Under the pieces are notes generated by a model. That model saw only the letters and a program-made list of their open reading frames with translations. It did not search any database and had not been told where the DNA came from. From Macrostomum lignano (lineage: Eukaryota), in the NCBI GenBank assembly GCA_002269645.1, contig NIVC01000110.1:901812-965811 (forward strand): a stretch of 64,000 nucleotides of DNA, written 5' to 3'. Made by a program: the position numbers and the translations under genes. Below, in pieces: positions 37,601 to 48,834 of the stretch. Every line of letters starts with the position of its first letter. The first letter of the stretch is position 1.

Positions 37601-40600
37601 ATCTGTAGATTCTGAATTGGGATCTGTAGATTCTGAATTAGGATCTGTAGATTCTGAATCGGAATCTATAGATTCTGAATTGGGATCTGTAGATTCTGAA
37701 TCGGGATCTGTAGATTCTGAATTAGGATCTGTAGATTCTGAATCGGAATCTATAGATTCTGAATTGGGATCTGTAGATTCTGAATTGGGATCTGTAGATT
37801 CTGAATTAGGATCTGTAGATTCTGAATCGGATCTGTAGATTCTGAATCGGGATCTGTAGATTCTGAATTGGGATCTGTAGATTCTGAATTAGGATCTGTA
37901 GATTCTGAATTGGGATCTGTAGATTCTGAATTGGGATCTGTAGATTCTGAATTGGGATCTGTAGATTCTGAATTGGGATCTGTAGATTCTGAATTGGGAT
38001 CTGTAGATTCTGTGTTGTGTCTCGGATATCCCAGTTAACCAAAAAGCCCAGACCGCTCTCAGAATCCCAAGCTTCATCCCCTAACACTTTGCGCAGATCT
38101 CTGCAGACCAGCGAATACGCGGACCCAATCAGCAGCGCTCTGCCCCCCAAACCCGAGCTACACCTGACAGTCGGTCTGCCAGCCAGCGGCAAGACTTACT
38201 ACGCCAGAAATCTGCCTTACACAAGGCGCCGCTTGTTGCTGGGCATGGATCAGCTGATCGAGATGACCCTGCTACCCGAACGCGGCATCACTAAAAACAT
38301 GGGCCAGGAGGTGCACACGCGCGATCGTGTGAATTACTTTCTATACACGTACGGCTCCAGGATTATGTTTATGCAAGCTGATGAAGCCATTGCCATGGGC
38401 TGTGATGTGCTCATCGATCAGTGCAACGTGTCTGTCTATACCAGAGCTAAACGGGCTAGAAAGTTTGTTGAATCCGGATATTCTGTAGCTCTGCACGTTC
38501 TTCACCCAACCCCGAGTATTATGAACGACTTTCAAAGCCGGCTGGTTACTGAGTTCGGACTGCGTGGCAGCGAGACTGCCAGGCTGCAGTTGCAGGCTAA
38601 TTTCACCCTGCCGTCACCTCAGAGCGATCAGGTATGTGCTGCGAGATCTGAGCAACTTGTTTATAGTATCTCAGTGTCAGATCTGAGCATATTGTTTATA
38701 GTATCTCAGTGTGAGATCTGAGCATCCTGTTTATAGTATCTCAGTGTGAGTCTCAGTGTGAGATCTGAGCATATTGTTTAAATGTTTATAGTATCTCAGT
38801 GTGAGATCTGAGCATCATGTTTATAGTATCTCAGTGCGAGATCTGAGCATCTTGTTTATACTATCTCAGTGTGAGATCTGAGCATCCTGTTTATAGTATC
38901 TCAGTGTGAGTCTCAGTGTGAGATCTGAGCATCTTGTTTATAGTATCTCAGTGTGAGATCTGAGCATCTTGTTTATAGTATCTCAGTGTGAGATCTGAGC
39001 ATCATGTTTATAGTATCTCAGTGTGAGATCTGAGCATCTTGTTTATAGTATTATAGAATCTGTGTAAGATCTGAGCATCATGTTTATAGTATCTCAGTGT
39101 GAGATCTGAGCATCTTGTTTATAGTATCTCAGTGTGAGATCTGAGCATCCTGTTTATAGTATCTCAGTGTGAGATCTGAGCATCTTGTTTATACTATCTC
39201 AGTGTGAGATCTGAGCATCCTGTTTATAGTATCTCAGTGTGAGATCTGAGCATCTTGTTTATACTATCTCAGTGTGAGATCTGAGCATCTTGTTTATAGT
39301 ATCTCAGTGGAAGATCTGAGTATCCAGTTTATGGTATCACAATGTGCGATCTAGTCTCTTCTTATACTTTAGTGTGAAATCTAGTCGCATTATATCCCAG
39401 GGGATCTCATTTTTTCTCAAATTGAGATCTAGTCTCTCATTTTAGGGTGAGATCTTGTCTCTCATTATATCTGGGGGCGAGATCTAGTCTCATTATGTCT
39501 CAGGGTGAGATATAGTCTCATTATGTCTCAGGGTGAGATCTGATCTAATCTCTCATTAGAACCCAGGGTGAGATCTAGTCTCTCATCTCAGGGTGAGATT
39601 TAGTGTCTTATAGCATTCTCCATTCTACAAGCAGCCTACCCCCCCCAAACGCAGGGAGTGGACATCCAGTACGTTCGCAGCAGTCGCTCCCAGTTGCTCA
39701 ACGGCGTCAAGAAACTCATCACCGAAGCCCGCCAAGCCGGCTACCCGGAGCATTCGCCCGACGAAATAGACGAGTACTTTCTTGAGCACTGCAACAAGCT
39801 GGGCATCTCCATCGCTAATCCGTTTGTGCCATCGCAGCGAAGGCTTGCCAGTCATGCTGAGGCTCTGTTCGCCAGGCTGGCGAGCGCTGCTGAGGCTCGA
39901 AGACTGCAGCAACAGCAGCAGCAACAACAGAATCAAAAGCAGAGTCTGCAACAAGCTTCTCCCCCTACAGTTGCTATGGAACAGCCAGCTCAAGCGGCTG
40001 CATCGGCTCCGCCAGTGTCTCTGGGCAGTTTCTCGGTGTTTGACAAATTAGGCTTTGATACGTCTTTGTTGAAGAATGTTCTGCAGTCTGTTAGTGTTTC
40101 TAGCGCTTCAGCAGACATTCCGGCTTTGCAGCAGCAACAGTCTCAACAGCAGCAGCAGCAACAGTCTCAGCAGCAGCAGTCTCAGCAGCAGCAGCAGCAA
40201 TCAAGCTCTAGTCTGTCTCGTTTCTTACGCAATGCCACAGCTCAACAGCAGAGTTTGATTCAACAGCAACTGCAGAATCATCAGCAGTCTGTACCACCTC
40301 CACCGCAGCAGCCACCGCAGCAACAGCAGCAGCAGCCTCCGGCGTCAAGCAAATTCCAGCCGATCACAGCTGCCAAAACTGATGAAGATCTCACTGACAA
40401 TCTGCTAGACGTGCCCAGGCCAAAGCCTGCCTCGAACATCCTGTTCCCAGCCTACAGCCCTGCCGTTGCTGGCGAAGCCACCAGCGTCATTGAACGATTC
40501 GTTGAGATCTGCAGCGTACGCGAATCCAAGGAGCTGTTGAGCCAGTTGCCAAGCGGCTTGCGAGCGGAACTGCTGGCTACTTGCAGACGGTTGCTGGGCA

Positions 40601-40974
40601 TTGTTGCTGATCGGGATCGGGATCGGGACTCCAGTCGGGATCGCGATTCAGCCTTTGGCGGCGCTGTTCCCGCACAGCCGCCGAAGCCGCCCCAGCCACC
40701 CCAGCCACCTGTCTCGCAGTCCAGCAGTTTCAATCTAGCCGCTTTCACAAGAAACAGCCAACAGCAGCAGAAGCAGCAACAGCATCATCAGCATCATCAG
40801 CATCATCAAGAGGCGTCTGGATTGTCAGGATCCAGGCGTTCGTCCAGGCGATCAAGATCTCGTTCACCTTCGAGCAGCAGCAGCCAGCGAGTTCGCAGGC
40901 AGCAGCAACATCATCCAAGGGATTCGAACAGTCACTATTCAAGCGGTAGTCAGCACTCTTATAGAAGGCAGTAG
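34616..40974 (+). CDS. hnRNP U-like protein, paralog A (Q/H-rich N terminus, SPRY, AAA_33-type P-loop, Q-rich/RS tail)
   Basis: Exons 34616-35182, 35646-36477 (needs +1 G at 35968-35970), about 38052-38631 (acceptor uncertain) and 39655-40974. SPRY: VRLDPVRKDFNILL..GCYYIWGTVLGNHGVT(R)GRTCYEVK..FRAGWTL..WSYSSYG..DYG..LQPDDIL..WFPHLALMNCSLDCNFG. P-loop GLPASGKT; Walker B-like VLIDQCNVS. Confidence 0.78.
35216..35521 (-). mobile_element. tRNA-derived SINE in intron 1 of paralog A
   Basis: Head GAGGTTGTAGCCTAGTGGTCAGAGCG...GGTTCGACTCC (A/B boxes); core GTGTCCTTGAGCAAGACAGTTAAC and TTCACCCAGCTGTAAAAGTGGGTGCC typical of conserved-core SINEs; (TTA)n tail. Confidence 0.85.
36520..38011. repeat. 21-bp minisatellite (GGGATCTGTAGATTCTGAAT[T/C])n filling intron 2 of paralog A
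   Basis: About 70 copies with a degenerate 5' edge; explains the GSVDSEL/QIPIQNL ORFs. Confidence 0.97.
38641..39600. repeat. 35-bp minisatellite grading into degenerate GAGATCTAGTCTC repeats (intron 3 of paralog A)
   Basis: Unit GAGATCTGAGCATCTTGTTTATAGTATCTCAGTGT; period 35 (38955 vs 38990). Confidence 0.93.
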
Positions 40975-41584
40975 TAGTATGTAGCGAATATGGTCAAAAT
41001 TTCTTGCAGTTTATAATAAGCCGGTAGTGAAGCGTGGCTTCATCGATCTGCATGCATGTTAATTGGTCCAGTTATAAACCCAGTTGTCTCGGAACTAATT
41101 GCGTGATTAGTTAATAGCCAGATGCGGGCGTGAATCAATGTTTCACGTGATTGTTTTTGTTGTTGTTATGTTAGTTGAATTTCCACTTTTTACCCCGTGT
41201 CATTTTTTTGCATTTTTTTAATAAAAAGCAAAATGGTTAATATTGAAATAATTAATAGTGTGACCCTGCTTCGCTGCAATGCCCCGGTAATTAATTATTG
41301 TAGTATAAAAGCACCCTTTTACGTATTATTCTGATTACGAAAAATGTGTGTTGAATAACATGCTAGTTGTATAAATAATCTAGATTACTGAACATGATAA
41401 GTAAACGGTCTAATGAAGGAATGCCATGATAATTATAATTAGGGTTTTGTATGATCATGTTGTTTGATATTTTGTCTTTAAATATTTTTTATTTATTTTA
41501 GGTTTTCTAATATTTATTCTAGGTATTCTAATTTAAGTTTAAGATTTTGAACCAATCTTTGAAGTGAGACTCTGGTCTATTTTA

Positions 41585-42250
41585 AGGGTGAGATTCAGAT
41601 TTAATCTAAGGGTGAGATTCTGATGTAATCTAGGGGTGAGATTCTCATGTAATCTAGGGGTGAGATTCTCATGTAATCTAGGGGTGAGATTCTGATATAA
41701 TCTAGGGGTGAGATTCTCATGTAATCTAGGGGTGACATTATTATGTAATCTAGGGGTGAGATTCTCATGTAATCTAGGGGTGAGATTCTGATATAATCTA
41801 AGGGTGAGATTCTGATGTAATCTAGTGGTGACATTATTATGTAATCTATGGGTGAGATTCTGATGTAATCTAGGGGTGAGATTCTCATGTAATCTAGGGT
41901 TGAGATTCTCATGTAATCTAGGGTTGAGATTCTCATGTAATCTAGGGGTGACATTCTGATGTAATCTAGGGGTAAGATTCTCATGTAATCTAGTGGTGAC
42001 ATTATTATGTAATCTATGGGTGAGATTCTGATGTAATCTAGGGGTGAGATTCTCATGTAATCTAGGGTTGAGATTCTCATGTAATCTAGGGGTGAGATTC
42101 TCATGTAATCAAAGGGTGAGATTCTCATGTAATCTAGGGGTGAGATTCTGATATAATCTAAGGGTGAGATTCTGATGTAATCTAGGGGTGAGATTCTCAT
42201 GTAATCTAGGGGTGAGATTCTCATGTAATCTGAGAATGAGATTCTGATCT
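41585..42250. repeat. 24-bp intergenic minisatellite
   Basis: Unit TCTAGGGGTGAGATTCTCATGTAA; explains the MRISPLDY ORF. Confidence 0.95.
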
Positions 42251-42421
42251 AATCTAAGGCTGAGCTCTGATCTAGCTTTGACTAGAATAGAGCTAGTTAT
42301 TTAAAGCGTACTTACTGTACCTTATTGATTAAAGTTACATTCGCACTTTTCCGCTGAACTTGCTTCTCCAGCGAATGCTAGCAGCCTATACCGGGCCCCA
42401 GCAGCCTGACCAAAAGTACTC

Positions 42422-45400
42422 ATGAGTGCATCCGCACCGAACAGTTGCAAAGCTGCGGCCGCGGCCGCTGCCGAGCAGCTCAAGGTAGATTTCTTAGAAT
42501 TATTAAACTCTGAGTTCTCGAGCGACCAGCAGACAAACAGATCGGCCAGTTCCGTTGAGTCTGTTGCCGATCAACTATTGGCTAAAATGCCTCGGAGTAC
42601 GGACGCTTCGGTTGCTATGGCTACAGCCGATGCAGTTGCTAAGGCTTTAAAATCGGCTCTGCGTAATTGGCTGCGCGAATATTTGAGCAGCCAGCTGCCG
42701 GCTAGAAGCTGCATCACTGCCAGACTGCAGCATTTGAGCGCTTCTCTTCTAGCCCTGGCTGACCGGTTCGGATTCAGATTTGCTGATCGAGAATTGAACC
42801 GAGCCATCGCCTGTGCCGAGTATCAGGCTGTGGCTTATCGATTGGGCGTTTCTGACACTGCCGCATTGTCAGCAATTCACGGCCTGGCTGACTATCTGCG
42901 AGCAGTTTGCGGTGCTGCCGCTAGCGAGCCGAGTGTTAGGTAAGTCGTTTTTGTTTGTTTGCTTTTATTGCCTAGATTAGACTAGCTTTTTTGGTAAATC
43001 TAGTAGTTACTATAGTGAGAGTTCTCAGCACATTCACTATCCAATAAGTCAGCGGGTCCTTTGAAACTTTGAAACTTCACAATAGCAATCCCACCCGCTC
43101 AAGATTTGTGTCTCTTTTCTTCTCTCCTCTCTTATCTCTCCCTCTCCTCTCTTATCTCTCCCTCGCCTCTCTTATCTCTCCCTCTCCCCTCCTCCCCTCT
43201 CTCTCCCCTCTCCTCTCTTCCCTCTCATCTTATCTCTCCTCTCTTCCCTCTCTCCTTTTATTTCTCCTCTCTCTCATCTTATCTCTCCCATCATACCTCT
43301 CTTATTTCTCTTCTCTCCACTCTTTCTATTCCTGTCTTCTCCCTCCCTCCTTTCTCTCTGCCTCCTCTCTCTTCCTCTTCTCTTCCACCTATTTTCTCAT
43401 CTTACATTTAGCTTCTCTCCTCCCATCTCTCGCCTCTCCTCTCCCCTCGTCTCTCATATTCTATTCCCTCTCCTTTCCCCTCTCATCTGGCCCGTAGCCA
43501 TGAGCTGGATCCTTTTTTGGCCCCTGAGGTAAAGAAAAGCTTGCTGACCGACCCCTGCCCTAGGTGCTCAATGCTTTGAAAATCAATTCATAATGTCTAT
43601 AATTAGAATTTCAATAATTCCCCATCTGGCAGGCTTATCAGATCCTCCGAGCTGGACGCTCAAGCTATCAAAGAGCAACAAGAGAATCTGTCGCAGCGGC
43701 GTGCTAACAAGCGGCAGAAAAAGGAGCAAAAGCAACAGAAGGAGCAGCAGTTAAAAAAGCGCCAGCAGCAGCAGCAGCCCAGCAGAAGATCCAAAGACGG
43801 CAAACAGGTGGCCATAACTGACAGCGACTCGTGGACTGATTCGCTCAGCAGTTTGTCCTCTGACAGCGACGCCACTCCAGGTGCGAACGGTAGTAAGAAA
43901 AAACACAAGACTAAGAAGCAGCAAAAGACTGCTGAGGCTGACAATAGTCGCGAATTGTCGTCTAGAAAGAGACGTAAAGAGCCGGACAAGCCGCCGTTGT
44001 TGCCTGTGAAAGTTGCCGAGGCTGCGCCAGTGGAAGACAGCAGTAAGCGAAGGAAACAGGATGAAGTGTTGGTTAAAGAAGAGCCAGCGGCAGCGGCGCC
44101 TGCGGGCAGCGTTAGGCAGTCTTTGTTCAGCGCTCTGAGAAATGCGCCGTCGTCAGCGAGCAATTGCGATGGCGCTTCCAGCAGCGGCAGCGCCAGCAAA
44201 GCGGAGAGCTGCGCTAATGAGCCCGTTGTGGCCAAACAGGTCAAGGCGAGGCAGGAGCGCAAGCCATCCTCTTCGCCTGAACGGCCAAAGAGGCAGCAAG
44301 CAACTTTGGAGAAGCAACAAAGACCAGCTGTTGCTGTTGCTGCGGCGCAGAAGCAGCAAGCTGAAAGAAAACCGGAACAAAGACGGCCTCCTCCACAGCC
44401 GCCGCAGCAGCCACAGTCAAGTCGGCCGTCGATAGAGAAACCGCCACCACAGCCGCCGCAGCAGCAGCAACAACAGTCGCAAAGACTTCAGGAGCAGTCT
44501 GCTCGGTCTTCGGAACAAAGACCGCCACTGCAGCAGCAGCAATCTAGTCGATCGTCGGAGCAAAGCCCTCTACAGCCGCAGCAGTCAGAACAAAGACCTC
44601 AGGAGCAATCTGGTCGTTCCTTACAGCAAATAACTCCACCACAACCGCAGCAGAAGCAGCAGCAGGAGTCGCAAAAACCTCAAGACCAGTCAAGACCAGA
44701 ACCGCAGCAGAAGCAATCGGAGCAACAAAGACCGCAACAAGAGCCAATGCTTAATTCCGCAAAGCCGGATCAGCAGCCTACTGCAGCGCCCACCGTCCGC
44801 CTGGTCTGCCTGGGCAACGATCCATTCGTAACCCTTGACGCTAGCAAGTCCACGTTGAGTTCCAGCGGATTCGACAATAAATTTGTCAACCAAATGTGGG
44901 GCAGCGCCTACGGCTCGCACGGTATCGCCGAGGGCAAGGCCTACTTTGAGCTCACTAGAGTTGACAACGGTCAGGATCGGTCATTGTTCCGCATCGGTTG
45001 GACTTTGGCGCCGAAATCGAATCGCCAATTTTTGCCAGGCGGTGCTGCGTTCAGCTGGGCCTACTCGTCCACTGGCCGCGTGCTCGTTGAAGGCGACTGT
45101 CAGCCAGCGCCCGACGGTGTCGGCACTTGCGGACCGGGCGACTCAGTGAGCTTCTGGCCTGATGTTTCAATCATAGGGAGTTGCCATGCAGTTGTAAAGA
45201 AACAGATAAACAAATACTACAGATGGAACTGTGGATCCTAGTCTAGGCTAAAATTAAGATAAAGATCCAGAGAGTATTTGGTTGTAAATCTGGACTAGAC
45301 AGCCAACAACCTTTACTCGAAAGTCCCGTAAACCTTTTAACTTAACACGACACTGGATTAAAACTACTAATAGTAGTTGTGCACCGCGTGTTCACCTGAG

Positions 45401-47998
45401 TGCCTGCCTCTACAGAGTACAAAAGATGAACTTAAGGCACGAAATAGGCGGTAGGGCACAGGTGTACAGTGTGCATTAGAGGCACAATATGTGAACAAAA
45501 TGTGCACATTAGGTGCAACTTAGGCGTAGAAGCAATGCAAGGGGCGTGTTCCCACTCTCTAAAGTTCTTTGTATCCTTCTTTGAAAGTCATTGGAACTTA
45601 TCAGTATAGGAAAACTTATGCACCTGCGTAGGCATAAAAGGTGAGCAAGGTGCACAAAAGAGGCACTACAGTGGCCTAGTTCGTGCGTGTTTTGGAAATT
45701 TGGAAACCTATTTACGCCGTACATGTACACCTTACGCACATCTAATTCATGTGACTAAAACATCAAGCTACGTTTTAATCTCAGATTCTAATTTGTTGTC
45801 CACCTCCCTCCCCTACTCCGCAGGTAGCCGTATCCATAGAAATCAGCCGAGTCGGCTCGGACTCCGCCCAGGCGCAATTCTCTCTGGCCGTCATACCGCG
45901 CCATCTCGATCGCGGCGAGCGTCGCTGCCAGCAGACTTTCACTCTGCGCTACAATCTGCAGCCGGACACCGAGGAGTGGGCCAACGCCTGGTTCCCTCAC
46001 GTGGCCATTCTGAACGCCAGCGTCGAGGTCAATCTTGGCCGAGTGTCGCCGCTGTCTAGCAGGCAGCCAGGCTACCGGCTGCTGTCCCATCGGCCGAGAA
46101 GTGCGCTGTGCAGTTTGGCCGATGCTGACCCCGCGTTTGGCTCCTTGCCAGCCGCGGCCGCCGCCACAGACAGACCGGATGTTCTGTTCTGCGTCGGTTT
46201 GCCATTTACTGGCAAAACTGAATTCGTAGAGACTTATCGGAAGCAGATTGGCCTGGCTAAGTCTGTGTGTTTGAGCATCAACGCATTGGCCGACGCCTGT
46301 CTAGTGCCGGAGCTGGGCGACAGCATGGATAAGTCCGACACTAGAGAGAGAATTGGTCGCTACCTGCTCAACAATTGCTCAGAGATCCTGTTCGCCTTAG
46401 CCACTTTCGCCATGCAGCACAGGCTGGATGTGATCATGGACATGTGCAACGCCTCTCCATTCACCAGGCGCCTCCGGCTTAACCTATTTCGACCGGCTGG
46501 CTACGCCTCCAAAGCTATTATCTTCTGTCCCGGCCCGAAAACTGAAGCCGGCTTCCGGCAGAAATCCTTGGCTAGATTAGGCCTCAAGGAGCCTTGCGGA
46601 GCTTATTATCAGCTGGCTGCTAATTTAGTTTATCCTCGGCTGTATCAGGCTAGCCAAGCCGCTTCCGCCTCAGCTGCGGCGTCTGCTACATCTAGCGACT
46701 TGTTTGACGATGTCCGGTCCTACTGCGACATTCCCCAGTCGATGCTGAACGATCGCCAGACTGACATCAATGCCGAAGCCGCGTCTAGAGGTTTCACTCC
46801 GCAGCCGGAGGAGGAACTGGACGAGGTGCTGCTTGAAGTGTGCCAGAAATTCGGATTAGATTACGTGGCCGAGTCTTGCGCCGATGAAGCTGTTCAACCA
46901 AGTGTAGAGACTGCGCCTGACCCAGCTAAGAAACCAGCGCCAGAGCACAGCCCAGCCACAGATTCTCGGCGCTCCAGTCAGGACCGACGCGACTGCGCGC
47001 CTCATCTGCCCCAGCCTACTCAGCAACACCAGCATCGGCCTCATCTCGAGCACAGACTCGAAGCATCCGCCTTGTCCCACGATCGCCACCGCGACCCGGC
47101 CAGATCCAGGCGATCCTTGGATGGCGACCGGGAGCGTAGTCGAGAATCGAATCGGTCGCATCATTCGCAGCATTCTTCTTATCGATCGCATCACTCCCGA
47201 TCGAGATCCCGATCGCGCGACATTGCTCATCATCCTCAGCATCATCAGCGTCCACCGCCACCACCGCCAGTGCGTCCGCATCCTCCTCTGCCGTCTGCGT
47301 CGCATCGAGATCGTCGATTCGAATCGTCGTCGTCAAGCTCAGCTAGCGGTTACCATGGCAACGATCGATGGAGAAGCAGCAGTCGCGGAGACGGTGCTAC
47401 AATCGATAGGAAACCGCTGCCCACTGTTATCGGCAACAGTATTAGCAGCGGCAGTAGGAGTAGCCATGGTACATCTTTCAATCATAGAAGCTTGTCAAGA
47501 ACAGCCGAGGTTCGCGATCGAGATTTTGATCGTCGACGCCAGTCGTCATCCTCGGCTGCTGCAGACCGGTCAGAGCCGTCTCTGGATCATTTCTATTCGC
47601 AGGCACATCTGGGCAGCAGGATACCTCAAGTTGCTCCGTACGGGCATGACAGGAGCAGTAGCAGCATCAACAGCAACAGTGGCGGCCTTAGCTCTCTGCG
47701 GCCATATCAGCATCGAAATAATCCGGCATTCTTCTCGTCCTCAGCGTCGCCAAGGCAACCGCCGCCGCCGCCGCAGCAGCCAGCAATCGGAGCCATCGGT
47801 GCCATGTCGGCAGCTAACAAGCGGACGGGCCAGTCTCTATGGGAGAAGCTGCATCCGCCCCCGGTTGCTTCCGGCTACGCCGCTGCCAGTCAGCCGCAGC
47901 GGCAGCCCGAGCTCGAGACCGCAGCCAGCTACCACGCTCGATCGCTTTTACCTTCGCCGTCTGCTCCAGCAGCTGCTGCTAATCGAGAAAACTTCTGA
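42422..47998 (+). CDS. hnRNP U-like protein, paralog B (helical N terminus, K/Q-rich region, SPRY, P-loop, long RS/RD/H-rich tail)
   Basis: Exons 42422-42939, 43633-45145 and 45824-47998 are in phase. SPRY: WGSAYGSHGIAEGKAYFE..FRIGWTLAPK..SWAYSSTG..CGPGDS|VAVSI..WFPHVAILNASVEVNLG. P-loop GLPFTGKT; VIMDMCNASP..RRLRL..KAIIFCP. Confidence 0.8.
43050..43557 (+). mobile_element. hAT-like MITE with a CT-rich core (family copy) in intron 1 of paralog B
   Basis: GGGTCCTTTGAAACT..CACAATAGCAATCC + CT tract + CTGGCCCGTAGCC..GGATCC..TTGGCCCCTGAGGTAAA..CCGACCCCTG. Confidence 0.65.
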
Positions 47999-48834
47999 AA
48001 TATTGACAGAGATGACGCTGAAAGGCGAAAATTTAATCTTCAAAACTATAACTATTTCAGTACCCATGTGGACTGGACTAAATCATTTTTAGTTCGCATT
48101 TATATGAACTTTCGTGTCTCTTTGCTAAAAAATCCAGTCTGTAAGCTGACTGATTCAAAACTGTATTTACATTTGCTCCTGTCAGCAGTCTGTAGTGATT
48201 ATTATTTTTGTACAAGCTCACTGCTGCCAGTTTTGCTGAGACTGTTTGTCTTGTGTAGTTATATAATCAAACACAACTATTAATCCTAATAAATATAGTG
48301 GTTCAAGACTGCCAGCTTGTGATTATCCGTCATCCTGTTGTTTAATTTGGAACAGCTATGGTCTGTTGAAATCTCAGTTGAGAGTTGAAGTGTTCTGTCT
48401 GTTTTTTGTTCAGTTTTTTGGGTTATTAAACTCGTAAAATCCAAAATAATTGCGTCAGGTGCCAACAACAACCCTCCTGAGAAATATCAAGCGCTGGACG
48501 TGTTGCTCTCCGCAACCGCAACTCAGTCCGTCACTGGTCTTCCATATTTTTGTGCTTTTTTGTGCATGAAGACTACAACGCGTAGTGAGAACTTCGTTTC
48601 TTGTCTTCTCCCTAGCTAGGCTCGCACTCGCGGTTTTCAGTGGTAAATTACACGTAGATACAAAAATGGACTGCTTAGAAAGAACTGATAAAGAAAGGCC
48701 TAAAAACTCGAACATGTGGTTTTTTCGAACTGCACTGGCCTGATTACTTCTGCTGGTACAACAAGGTACAATAAAGATTAGGGCTTTATTTTTAATCCAA
48801 GCCTGAAGCAGCAAAAGGCCGCAAAAGACGAGAC

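Noticed and set aside
36535-38192. GSVDSEL / QIPIQNL repeat proteins
   Set aside because: A 21-bp array inside an intron whose flanking exons can be joined in phase.
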